Origin: Candidatus Desulfaltia sp.
GTDB taxonomy: Bacteria; Desulfobacterota; Desulfobacteria; Desulfobacterales; ETH-SRB1
Assembly (NCBI GenBank): GCA_030656555.1
Contig: JAUSPN010000028.1
Span: 2,630-66,629 of the forward strand
Length of the DNA: 64,000 nt
Reading direction: 5' to 3'
The position numbers and the translations under genes were made by a program. Under the pieces are notes generated by a model. It was not told where the DNA came from. It ran no database searches and saw nothing but the letters and a program-made list of their open reading frames with translations. This document shows positions 1 to 8,966 of the stretch, piece after piece; positions within the stretch are counted from its first letter, which is position 1; each line of letters begins with the position of its first letter.

Positions 1-1142
1 ATCCTTCTGTCCAGTCTAAGAAAGCCATTATTGTGTCCGGCGTATCTGCCGCTCATGCAAAGGATATTGTCAGAGAACTTGGAGTTGAGGGTATAATAAC
101 TCTGTATCAGGTAATCCAGCCCTATCCTCTGCACACTCAATTCATTGAAATGGTTTTAAAGAAACACGATGATATTCTTGTGCTGGAGGAGACGACCGGG
201 GTAATTGAAATGCAGCTTGCACGAAGTGATCGTGTAAAAGGGAAAAATAGTGGTCATGTCCCTGAAACAGGGGAACTGCTTCCTGAAATAATAGAAAAAA
301 TTATCGCAGATTTTCTATCTGTTAAGTCAGGTTCAAAAATCCTTGAAACCAAGCCAGGCAGAAGACCAACCTTATGCGCGGGATGTCCTCACAGGGCAAG
401 TTTTTTTGCCATAAAAAAAGCAGCTCCAAAAGGGATCTATACAAGCGATATCGGCTGCTATACTCTGGGCATGAATCTTAAAGCCGTTGACACTGTACTT
501 TGCATGGGCGCTGCAATAAGTCAGGCAGCAGGATTTGCCCATGCCTATGATGATAAAAAACGCCCGCCAATTGTGGCAACAATGGGGGATTCAACATTTT
601 TTCATGCAGGTATTCCAGCGCTGATAGATGCTGTAGTGCAGAATATTCCGTTCCTTCTTGTAATTCTTGATAACAGAACCACTGCCATGACAGGAAATCA
701 GCCCACGCCTGCCTCTGGCAAAGATGTTCTTGGTGAACCGGTTACAGCAATAGATATTGAGAAACTTGTAAAGGGATGCGGCATTAAATACTGCAGGACA
801 GCAAATCCAATGGAAACCGACAAGTTTATCCCTTTATTAAAAAAGGCAGTAAAATATTCCCAAAACAATGGCCCCGCAGTTGTGATATCAAGATCTCCGT
901 GCCTGCTCTCTTTGCCCAACGAAGAGCTGAGAGAAAATTATAAAAGGGTCGAAATTACAGATACCTGTGATGGTTGCGGTTACTGCATTTCACATTTTGA
1001 GTGTCCGGCCATGGTCATGGATAAGGAGAAAGAAAAGGTCACACTTGATCGTTCTCTCTGCACAGGATGCGGAGTCTGTGTCCATGTATGCCCCAAAAAA
1101 TCAATAGTGCCCGCTGAAAGCTCAAATGTGGAAGGTAGCTGA
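1..1142 (+). CDS. iorA: indolepyruvate:ferredoxin oxidoreductase alpha subunit, C-terminal part (5' end outside window)
   Basis: Frame 3 is open from the window edge, so the listed ORF 33..1142 starts only at the first Met. TPP-binding style GDSTFFHAG and two C-terminal ferredoxin clusters (CDGCGYCISHFECP, CTGCGVCVHVCP). An iorB-like gene follows directly. Confidence 0.8.
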   Translation, partial: PSVQSKKAIIVSGVSAAHAKDIVRELGVEGIITLYQVIQPYPLHTQFIEMVLKKHDDILVLEETTGVIEMQLARSDRVKGKNSGHVPETGELLPEIIEKIIADFLSVKSGSKILETKPGRRPTLCAGCPHRASFFAIKKAAPKGIYTSDIGCYTLGMNLKAVDTVLCMGAAISQAAGFAHAYDDKKRPPIVATMGDSTFFHAGIPALIDAVVQNIPFLLVILDNRTTAMTGNQPTPASGKDVLGEPVTAIDIEKLVKGCGIKYCRTANPMETDKFIPLLKKAVKYSQNNGPAVVISRSPCLLSLPNEELRENYKRVEITDTCDGCGYCISHFECPAMVMDKEKEKVTLDRSLCTGCGVCVHVCPKKSIVPAESSNVEGS

Positions 1143-1150
1143 GGAAAGAA

Positions 1151-1690
1151 ATGAATTATCAGATAATAATAAGCGGAGCAGGCGGCCAGGGAGTTCTTTT
1201 TATAACACGTCTTCTTGCAGAAGCATGCATGAATGACAACAGGCATGTACTCACATCAGAAACCCATGGAATGGCGCAAAGGGGAGGAACCGTAATATCA
1301 CACCTTAAGGTTGGAGATTTTAAAAGCCCTCTTATAAGACCGGGCAGTGCGGATCTTTTTGTTGCTTTGAAGCCTGAAAATCTTGATTTGCACTATGGGT
1401 TTCTTAAAAAGAGCGGCATGGCAATTGTGAATTCTTCGGAAGGTTCATTGACGGCTGGCACTAACAGGGCAAAGGCTCTTAACGCTGATTTTCTGGCAAA
1501 TCAGGATAATAATCCAGGTTCTATTAACCTTTATATGCTTGGAGGAGCAATAGCGCTTATCCCGGTGTGTTCCATTGAGAAAATAAAAAAGCAAATTGAA
1601 ATACGTTTTGTAAAAAAAGATAAAAAGATCCGGGCAAAAGCTGTCATGGCTCTTGAACGTGGATTTAAAACCATTGTAAGTGGTTGCTAA
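1151..1690 (+). CDS. iorB: indolepyruvate:ferredoxin oxidoreductase beta subunit
   Basis: 179 aa with N-terminal IIISGAGGQGV motif of the small (gamma-type) subunit of 2-oxoacid:ferredoxin oxidoreductases. Starts 8 nt after the iorA stop. Confidence 0.75.
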   Translation: MNYQIIISGAGGQGVLFITRLLAEACMNDNRHVLTSETHGMAQRGGTVISHLKVGDFKSPLIRPGSADLFVALKPENLDLHYGFLKKSGMAIVNSSEGSLTAGTNRAKALNADFLANQDNNPGSINLYMLGGAIALIPVCSIEKIKKQIEIRFVKKDKKIRAKAVMALERGFKTIVSGC

Positions 1691-1716
1691 GTATGAGGCT
1701 CGCAAAGGAGTAATAA

Positions 1717-3009
1717 ATGGGATTTATGCCAAAGAATTTAACAAAAGAAAAAATTAAAGACATACAGCTAAGTGGTCTTAAATGGACTTTAAAGCATGCT
1801 TTGGGTAATTCTTCTCTTTATCAAAGAAAGTATAAAAAGGCGGGAATATCTGTTGATGATGTAAAGAGCCTTTCAGATATTGAGAAACTTCCGTTTCTGG
1901 ACAAAGAGGATATTCAGGCAGATTATCCGTTTCCTTTAAAATCGGTTGATGACAAAGATGTGGTAAGGATTCACGCATCTTCAGGCACAACAGGCAAAAG
2001 AAAGGTTTTGTGCTATACTCAAAACGACATTGATGTGTGGGCGGATATGTTTGCAAGGTGTTATGAACTGGCGGGCCTGACGCAAAACGACAGGGTTCAT
2101 ATTGCCGTGGGATACGGGCTGTGGACCGCCGGTGTTGGATTTCAGCTTGGGTGTGAGAGATTCGGCGCTATGGCAGTGCCAATGGGACCTGCGAATACAG
2201 ATATGCATTTGGAGATGCTTGTGGACATGAAAAGCACAGTATTTTGTTCTACTGCGTCCATGGCGCTTCTCATTGCGGAAGAGATAAAAAAGAGAGGACT
2301 CCGGTCTGAAATAGCATTAAAAAAGATAATTCTTGGAGCAGAATGCCACAGCGATACCATGACAGCGCGCATAAAAGAGCTTACCGGCGTTGATGAGATA
2401 TATGACATATATGGTCTTACAGAGCTTTACGGGCCTGGAACCGGTCTTGATTGTTCCTGCCACGAAGGAATCCATTACTGGAACGATCTTTTCATATACG
2501 AGATAATTGATCCTGAAACCCTTAAGCCTGTTCCTGATGGTGAAGAGGGGGAGCTTGTGATAACCAGCCTTAAAAAGGAGGCAAGCCCTCTTATCCGCTA
2601 TAGAACCCACGATATCACCAGAATAATTCCAGGGGAATGCAGTTGCGGTCTTTCTTTCCCAAGGCATGGAAAAATCATAGGAAGAAGTGACGATATGTTC
2701 ATTTACAGGGGTGTGAATATTTACCCAAGTCACATTGAGCTTATCCTTAGCAGCACTGACAGGGTGGGAAGCGAATATCAGATTCATCTTGATCATCAGG
2801 AGAACGGAAGGGACAGCATGACCATAAGGGTTGAAAGAGGGGACGGGGTTTTATCTGATGATGACAAAACCCTGGCCACTACAATATCGAATAAAATCAG
2901 AAGCCAGCTTCTTGTGAAAAGTAATGTTAAGATAGTCGGGGATAATGAACTTCCCAGGACACAGAAAAAAAGCCAGCGGGTTTTTGACCATAGAAATGAG
3001 AATGGATAG
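1717..3009 (+). CDS. paaK: phenylacetate-CoA ligase family (aryl-acid adenylating enzyme)
   Basis: 430 aa with AMP-binding signature SSGTTGKRKV and YGLTE. Length and layout fit the PaaK / F390-synthetase family. SD AAAGGAG lies upstream. Confidence 0.8.
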   Translation: MGFMPKNLTKEKIKDIQLSGLKWTLKHALGNSSLYQRKYKKAGISVDDVKSLSDIEKLPFLDKEDIQADYPFPLKSVDDKDVVRIHASSGTTGKRKVLCYTQNDIDVWADMFARCYELAGLTQNDRVHIAVGYGLWTAGVGFQLGCERFGAMAVPMGPANTDMHLEMLVDMKSTVFCSTASMALLIAEEIKKRGLRSEIALKKIILGAECHSDTMTARIKELTGVDEIYDIYGLTELYGPGTGLDCSCHEGIHYWNDLFIYEIIDPETLKPVPDGEEGELVITSLKKEASPLIRYRTHDITRIIPGECSCGLSFPRHGKIIGRSDDMFIYRGVNIYPSHIELILSSTDRVGSEYQIHLDHQENGRDSMTIRVERGDGVLSDDDKTLATTISNKIRSQLLVKSNVKIVGDNELPRTQKKSQRVFDHRNENG

Positions 3010-3051
3010 AAATTAAGGAAGCAAAACTTAAGCATTTTAAAAAAAAAGGAG

Positions 3052-4077
3052 ATGGTTATGAAGAGATTATCGCTTTTTACATTAGCAACTGCGCTGACCG
3101 TAATTCTTGCTCTGCCGGGTTTTCAGGCGGATGTTCATGCAAAGATAATAAATCTTAATTATGCAAATTTTCCGCCTGCACCCACATTCCCGTGTGTTCA
3201 GATGGAAAGATGGAAAGACGAGGTTGAAAAACGGACAAATGGAAAAGTAAAAATAAACACATTCCCTGGAGGGACTCTTCTTGAAGCCAAAGGGATGATG
3301 GATGGTGTCATTGCAGGTCAGGCAGATATAGGTTGCCTGTGCATGGCGTATCAGCCAGGACGTTTCATGGTGACAAATGCCGTAAGCCTTCCTGTGGAAA
3401 TTCCTGATTCAGCAACAGGAAGCCTCGTACTTCTCGATCTTTACAGGAAATATAAGCCTGCCTCCTTTGATAAGGTCAAGGTTCTTACGATGTTTACCAC
3501 GGCTCCGGCAAACATAATGTGCAAAAGCCCTGTGAGAACCCTTGAAGACATTAAAGGAATGGACCTGAGAGCCTCCGGCGGTGCTGCAGAGATTCTGAAG
3601 GCATGGGGCGCAAACCAGATAGGTATGCCCATGTCTGCAACCCCAGAAGCCCTTCAAAAGGGTGTTGTCCAGGGTCTTTTCTCCTCTCTGGAGGTGATGA
3701 AGGATCTTAAATTTGCTGAAGATTGTAAATATGTAACCATGACAAATACTGTTGTTTATCCTTTTGCAGTTGTCATGAATAAGGACAAGTGGAAATCTCT
3801 GCCCGAAGATGTTAAAAAAGTAATGGAAGAACTGGTAACGGAACAGGCTCTGTGGACAGGAAACTACATGGACACCCATGTTAATGAAGCTGTGGCATGG
3901 TCAAAAAAGACCCACAATGTCGAGTTTATCGAGCTCGATAAAAAAAGCATTGTAAAGTGGAACTCTGTGCTTTCTCCAATTATTAATAAATGGATAAAAG
4001 AAGCTGAAGAAAAAGGCCTGGACGGTAAAGGTATAGTTGATGCCATTTATGGTATGATTGGTGAACATACAAAATAA
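3052..4077 (+). CDS. TRAP transporter substrate-binding protein (DctP family)
   Basis: 341 aa with an N-terminal signal peptide (LFTLATALTVILALPGFQADVHA). Followed by small and large TRAP permease genes. SD AAAGGAG. Confidence 0.8.
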   Translation: MVMKRLSLFTLATALTVILALPGFQADVHAKIINLNYANFPPAPTFPCVQMERWKDEVEKRTNGKVKINTFPGGTLLEAKGMMDGVIAGQADIGCLCMAYQPGRFMVTNAVSLPVEIPDSATGSLVLLDLYRKYKPASFDKVKVLTMFTTAPANIMCKSPVRTLEDIKGMDLRASGGAAEILKAWGANQIGMPMSATPEALQKGVVQGLFSSLEVMKDLKFAEDCKYVTMTNTVVYPFAVVMNKDKWKSLPEDVKKVMEELVTEQALWTGNYMDTHVNEAVAWSKKTHNVEFIELDKKSIVKWNSVLSPIINKWIKEAEEKGLDGKGIVDAIYGMIGEHTK

Positions 4078-4092
4078 GGTTTATGTGCTTGA

Positions 4093-4563
4093 ATGTATAA
4101 TTTTCTTAAAAGAATAAACAATTTCCAGCTATTCATGGGCGGCTGTTTTCTGGTCATGATGATATTTCTTACCTGTGCCAATATTTTGCTCAGGCAGTTT
4201 GGCATACCGGTAAGGGGGACATTTGAAATAATGGGGTTTTTGGGGGTTGTGATCTTTGCTTTTCCCCTGGGATACTCCCATAAAAAAAAAGAACATCTCT
4301 ATGTGAGTATAATTTTTGACAGATTTCCTGCAAAGGTGAAAAAAGCCGCTCATGTTATAAACAACCTCGTCTGTATTTTTTTCTTTTCGCTGGTTTCATG
4401 GCAGCTTGTAAAAAAAGCTCTGATCCTGAAAAATGTTCATGAGGTGTCAGAAACTTTGAGAATTATCTATTATCCTTTTATACTGATCCTCTCGTTTGGA
4501 GTGGCGGTTTTAGTTCTGCACTTTATTCATGAACTTTTTATAAAATCAGGAGATAATGCTTGA
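4093..4563 (+). CDS. TRAP transporter small permease (DctQ family)
   Basis: 156 aa with four hydrophobic segments. Positioned between the DctP-like and DctM-like genes and overlaps the DctM start by 4 nt. Confidence 0.75.
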   Translation: MYNFLKRINNFQLFMGGCFLVMMIFLTCANILLRQFGIPVRGTFEIMGFLGVVIFAFPLGYSHKKKEHLYVSIIFDRFPAKVKKAAHVINNLVCIFFFSLVSWQLVKKALILKNVHEVSETLRIIYYPFILILSFGVAVLVLHFIHELFIKSGDNA

Positions 4564-5864
4564 GCCTTACACTTATCGGAATAATTGGAATTATATCTCT
4601 TCTTTTTATCCTTTTTTTTCTGGGTATGCCTGTGGGCTTTTCAATGGCAATTGTTGGGTTTGCAGGGTTTTCCTATGTAATAAGTCTCAATGCAGGCATG
4701 AACATGGCGGGTGCGATCTTCTGGTCTGTTTGCTCCAAATACGGACTTACTGTAATCCCCCTTTTTATATTCATGGGTCAGATTGCATTTTATTCCGGTG
4801 TTAATAAGAGGCTCTATAAAGCTGCATACAGATGGGTGGGCCATATCAGGGGAGGTCTTGCCATGTCCACTATAATGGCATGCAGCGCATTCGCGACCAT
4901 CTGTGGCTCAAACACCGCCACAGCAGCTACCATGAGCACGGTTGCCTTGCCGGAGATGAAAAAGTATGGCTATTCTTCCATTTTAAGTACAGGCGCTGTT
5001 GCATGCGGTTCAACCCTGGGTGTTGTAATACCTCCAAGCGTTGTTCTTATAATAATTGGTCTTGCTACGGAACAGTCCATCTCAAGACTCTTTTACGGTG
5101 GAATAGGGGCTGGTCTGCTACTGACATTGATGTTTGTTATAACTGTAGCTTTATTGTGCAGAATTAGACCTGAATGGGGTCCTGTGGCAGCGAAAAGTTC
5201 CATTAAAGACAGGATGATATCCCTGTCCGGGGCAGCTGAGATGCTTATTCTTTTTATTCTTATTATGGCAGGGCTCTATTTTGGTTTTTTTACACCTTCG
5301 GAAGCAGGGGCGGCAGGATCGTTTTTTGCGCTTCTGATAAGTGTTATAAGAAAAACCCTTTCTTGGAACAATTTTAAAAAAGCTGTAAAGGATACTCTGA
5401 GGATTTCGTGTATGGTGATAATGCTCATTGCCGGGGCCATGATATTTGGAAGATTTCTTGCGGTAACAAGAATACCATTTGATCTTGCTTTTTTTGTGGC
5501 AGGGCTTCCGGTATCTGATCTTACAATTATGATCTGCATAACCCTGATCTATATTATAGGGGGCGCTATCATGGATGCTCTGGCGCTTCTTATTATAACC
5601 ATTCCCATATTTTATCCTCTGGCAATGCAGATCGGATATGATCCAATCTGGTTTGCAGTCACCATAACGGTTATTACAACTCTTGGTGCTGTAACTCCGC
5701 CTGTAGGAGCCACAACCTATGTTGTGGCAGGTGTGGCAGATGATGTTCCACTGAAGGACGTATTCAAGGGAGTAGCTCTTTTTCTTCCGGCTTATATTAT
5801 TACAATCGGGCTTCTTATCCTCTTTCCCTGTATAATTACATGGCTGCCCGGTCTTATGAGGTGA
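4560..5864 (+). CDS. TRAP transporter large permease (DctM family)
   Basis: 434 aa polytopic membrane protein of typical DctM length in a P-Q-M gene order. Confidence 0.8.
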   Translation: MSLTLIGIIGIISLLFILFFLGMPVGFSMAIVGFAGFSYVISLNAGMNMAGAIFWSVCSKYGLTVIPLFIFMGQIAFYSGVNKRLYKAAYRWVGHIRGGLAMSTIMACSAFATICGSNTATAATMSTVALPEMKKYGYSSILSTGAVACGSTLGVVIPPSVVLIIIGLATEQSISRLFYGGIGAGLLLTLMFVITVALLCRIRPEWGPVAAKSSIKDRMISLSGAAEMLILFILIMAGLYFGFFTPSEAGAAGSFFALLISVIRKTLSWNNFKKAVKDTLRISCMVIMLIAGAMIFGRFLAVTRIPFDLAFFVAGLPVSDLTIMICITLIYIIGGAIMDALALLIITIPIFYPLAMQIGYDPIWFAVTITVITTLGAVTPPVGATTYVVAGVADDVPLKDVFKGVALFLPAYIITIGLLILFPCIITWLPGLMR

Positions 5865-5871
5865 GGAGATT

Positions 5872-6441
5872 ATGGAAGATAATTACCAGAGTTTTTTTAA
5901 GGGGCAGTTTCTTATAGCTATGCCGGGCATGACCGACCCGAATTTTTTTCAGTCAGTCATCTGTGTTTGCGAGTATACCCGGGAAGGCGCTGTAGGCATT
6001 GTTGTAACTCGGCCTCATCCTGCCATTCTTGGAAAGGATATTTTTGATGAGCTTAAAATAAACTATATTTCTGACTCTGAATCAATACCGATATATATAG
6101 GCGGGCCTGTTCATGTTGGTGAGATCTTTATTCTGCATGGGGCTCCATTTAACTGGGAGAGTTGTTTTATGGTTACACCTTCCCTGGCCATGAGCAACAG
6201 CAAGGATATTGTAGAGGCGATAGCAATGGGCGATGGACCTGAAGCCTTTATTATAAGCGTAGGATGTGCCGGCTGGGGTGAAGGTCAGCTTGAAGCGGAG
6301 ATAAAGGAAAATGTATGGCTGACATGCCCGATTTCTGAAAAGATTATTTTTGAGATGCCGGTTGATTACAGGTGGGAAGAAGCTGTGAAAAAAATGGGCA
6401 TAAATCCGAGTAAGCTTTCGGATATAGCGGGGCATGCCTGA
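5872..6441 (+). CDS. yqgE: YqgE/AlgH family protein (UPF0301)
   Basis: 189 aa with family-typical N-terminus GQFLIAMPGMTDPNFFQSVICVCEYTREGAVGIVVTRP. Confidence 0.8.
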   Translation: MEDNYQSFFKGQFLIAMPGMTDPNFFQSVICVCEYTREGAVGIVVTRPHPAILGKDIFDELKINYISDSESIPIYIGGPVHVGEIFILHGAPFNWESCFMVTPSLAMSNSKDIVEAIAMGDGPEAFIISVGCAGWGEGQLEAEIKENVWLTCPISEKIIFEMPVDYRWEEAVKKMGINPSKLSDIAGHA

Positions 6442-6465
6442 TAAAAAATAAAACAATGCATCATA

Positions 6466-6612
6466 TTAATCTTTGATTTTTACTTTTGGTTTGGACTTCT
6501 TTTTTCTAAGACAAACCTTGTCTTTCCTGACAAATGCGCAAAGTTTGGGATTGTAATACTCTTTACAGTTTAATGGATTATATAACGGGCATTCCGGGTT
6601 TTTTTCTGACAT
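6466..6612 (-). CDS. unannotated 48-aa Cys/Lys-rich small ORF downstream of the YcaO gene (candidate peptide or small Zn-binding protein)
   Basis: Hand translation: MSEKNPECPLYNPLNCKEYYNPKLCAFVRKDKVCLRKKKSKPKVKIKD. GAGGAAA lies 8 nt before the ATG. A TTGTAA-17nt-TATATT promoter-like pair lies in the 115-nt gap after the ycaO stop. Too short for the ORF track. Confidence 0.35.
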   Translation of the reverse strand: MSEKNPECPLYNPLNCKEYYNPKLCAFVRKDKVCLRKKKSKPKVKIKD

Positions 6613-6727
6613 AAATATATTTCCTCTATAATTTTCCTTCACTTTTTTATTTAATATAACACAAAATATTAAATTTTACAAGGTATTAAGAGACTTGGTA
6701 TATTTAAGCTCTGGATTGTTTTACGTG

Positions 6728-8458
6728 CTATGTCCGGCGCAGTTTCTCCAGATTAGTTCTTGCAAAATCAATTTCAGGATCCATGGCCAAGGCCATCGCA
6801 TAATATTTTATGGCTTTTTCTTTTTGGCCCATATCCCTATAGTTTGAGGCAATGTTGGCATAATCAATGGCTGAACCCGGATCAAGCCGAAGTACTTTTT
6901 TAAAACAATCTATTGCCGTTTCGTTTTCCTTGAGCGCGTAATGACAAAATCCCATCAGGTTATATATATCGGTTCTTTGGCTGTCGGACTTTTCTCCTTT
7001 ATTTAATACCTCAAGAGCTTTGCGGTACTCCCCCATTTCTTTGAAGCAGATACCCATGTAGGAATAGATGCTGGGGATGTCCTGTTCCGTAGGGTTAAGT
7101 TCCAGAGCATGGGTAAAATAACTGAGTGCTGTTGCCGGGTCATTTAGGGCGAGGTGGCATAAACCAATATAAAATTTGATGTAATATTTCTCCGGAAGCA
7201 TTTTTTCTATCTTTTTGAGTTCATTAATGGCTTCTTCCGGATTTTTGTTTTCAGCAATAATTTTGGCAGAGAACATACTAACACTGGTTGTAAGAGCCCG
7301 CTCCCTGAAATGTGCTCCGGGTATGATGGTATAAAAAGCCGGTATTTCAAGTAAAGGATGTATTGTATTGACTACAATTACTTCCATACCTTTATTTGCC
7401 AGAGCAGATATTAAGTTTTGAACTTCAATCTTAATATTGTCATTTGAAAGGTCAGGGAGGGTGTTGATATCTACTTCTTTGCCCGGGCTTATTACAAAAT
7501 CGGCGTCCTCTAATTTAGAAAATTTGGGGAGACCGCTGGCCACATAGTTGGAACCGGCATTAAAATCACCGGCAAGCTGGGCTACTTCTGTAAGGGCACG
7601 ACTTAAAGCCTTTTGCGGATCAGGTGTTGTCCCGGCTGTCCAGACTATTTCACTTTTTCCCGGGAAGTTCAAAGGGTCATAGGCCAACACACCAACAGAA
7701 GGGATGCCAGTATCGAGAGAAAAATCTGAAAGATAGAATTTTACCCCTGCATTTCTGTACTTTTTTATCATTTCCACAACCATCGGATCTGTGGCCGAAT
7801 CAGCATTAATTGCCGGTACTTTCAGCCTGTTTCTGCTGATGATCGAAGATACGTGTCTTTCTACAATTTCGCAGATACCCTGACTTAGGGCTTCCTCAAC
7901 GCAGTTGCCGGCCGATGGACCGTTGAACTCATTGATTGTGAAAAACCAGTTAAAAGGAATTAAGACCTCTTGATCGCGGGTTAGATTAAACGCCTTGGTC
8001 CATTTTAAGGGCAGGTTTTCAAATATCTTTTTGGAAATTTCCAAATTTTCTGAATCATCGTGGACAGATTGGGCAATCATCTCAAAAGGAATGGCGCTGT
8101 CTTTTATGGCGCTGTATTTTTCAACAAAAAAGTTTTCGGGATTCTTGCAAAAACTGAAAAAGCTGAATCTTTCGGCCAGTTCCATTACTGCGCTAGCTTC
8201 AGCCTGCTGGGGAGTGGCTCCTTTTCCCATCTGTTTTTTTGTTCCAATAACTTTCATTGCATCCTTGCCGCAACTGCTAAAATAGACCGGAATATCCAAT
8301 CTTCCATTATCAATCCTTATTGTCTCTTCAAGGATATCCAGATCCACCTTTATTAGTTTTTCCTTGAAGTGTTCGACCGTTTCTTCAGGAGGCACTACCT
8401 TGTCCTGGTCCAGAGTAAAGCCTTTAAACGCATCATTTAATATAATTTTATTCGTCAT
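6728..8458 (-). CDS. YcaO-domain protein with C-terminal TPR repeats
   Basis: 576 aa. The N-terminal ~400 aa has YcaO hallmarks (ETVEHFKEKL..., LDIPVYFSS, KQMGKGATPQQAEASAVMELAERFS). The C-terminal ~170 aa is TPR-like (repeated A..Y/F..AL..(D/N)P units). Confidence 0.8.
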   Translation of the reverse strand: MTNKIILNDAFKGFTLDQDKVVPPEETVEHFKEKLIKVDLDILEETIRIDNGRLDIPVYFSSCGKDAMKVIGTKKQMGKGATPQQAEASAVMELAERFSFFSFCKNPENFFVEKYSAIKDSAIPFEMIAQSVHDDSENLEISKKIFENLPLKWTKAFNLTRDQEVLIPFNWFFTINEFNGPSAGNCVEEALSQGICEIVERHVSSIISRNRLKVPAINADSATDPMVVEMIKKYRNAGVKFYLSDFSLDTGIPSVGVLAYDPLNFPGKSEIVWTAGTTPDPQKALSRALTEVAQLAGDFNAGSNYVASGLPKFSKLEDADFVISPGKEVDINTLPDLSNDNIKIEVQNLISALANKGMEVIVVNTIHPLLEIPAFYTIIPGAHFRERALTTSVSMFSAKIIAENKNPEEAINELKKIEKMLPEKYYIKFYIGLCHLALNDPATALSYFTHALELNPTEQDIPSIYSYMGICFKEMGEYRKALEVLNKGEKSDSQRTDIYNLMGFCHYALKENETAIDCFKKVLRLDPGSAIDYANIASNYRDMGQKEKAIKYYAMALAMDPEIDFARTNLEKLRRT

Positions 8459-8618
8459 TGATTTTGTTGTATTTCCTTATTTTATATATCATGCAATTAA
8501 CTTAAAAAATCCAGAGACGCTCACAGCGATATTTTTTTACCACATAATAATAAAACTTAAAAGTTATTTTAAATTGACCGGCCCTTAAGTTTCTGATACA
8601 AAAACAGTGCAAGTTTAT

Positions 8619-8694
8619 GGGGATGTAGCTCAGCTGGGAGAGCGCGGCGTTCGCAATGCCGAGGTCAGGGGTTCGATCCCCCTCATCTCCACCA
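8619..8694 (+). tRNA. tRNA-Ala (anticodon CGC), CCA encoded
   Basis: Cloverleaf folded by hand: acceptor GGGGATG/CATCTCC with the G3:U70 alanine identity pair, anticodon loop TTCGCAA, T-loop GGTTCGATCC. Confidence 0.9.
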
Positions 8695-8747
8695 TTATTT
8701 TACCTGGGTTGAGCGGTTCAACGTTCACGGTTCACGGTTGAAGAGCC

Positions 8748-8904
8748 CCAACTCACTATTGACAAAAGGATAACACGGCAATAGGGGCGCATGTTATGTT
8801 TCACCCAATGGACGAAAGAGACTAATCTGAGTATTGTATTATAAAGTTAAGGATATCAGTAGGCTATAACCTTTGAACCTTGAACCCTGAACCTGAAACC
8901 GATC
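8748..8904. repeat. his-associated repeat, copy 1 (carries a ~51-nt insertion relative to copy 2)
   Basis: CTCACTATTGACAAAAG...GACTAATCTGAGTATTGTATTATAAAGTTAAGGATATCAGTAGGCTATAACCTTTGAACCTTGAACCCTGAACC matches 60745..60849 closely. An inverted GGTTCA-word arm lies at 8714..8743. Confidence 0.75.
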
Positions 8905-8966
8905 ACTTTAGATTTTAACATATTAGAGAGGAACCTCTGTTAAATAAAAAATATTTAAGGGGGGAT

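Noticed and set aside
4556-5167. Alternative-frame ORFs 4556..4804 and 4832..5167, together with the many 60-160-aa antisense ORFs inside paaK, dctP, rpoD, carB, purF, guaA and other genes
   Set aside because: They overlap long ORFs with strong family signatures. Their composition (Cys/His/Arg-rich or mirror low-complexity) is typical of non-coding frames.
8700-8966. His-rich leader peptide or T-box upstream of hisB, hisA or hisH
   Set aside because: I looked for runs of CAT/CAC codons and for the T-box core (AGGGTGGNACCGCG-like) in 8700..8966, 10309..10573 and 60683..60850. Neither was found.
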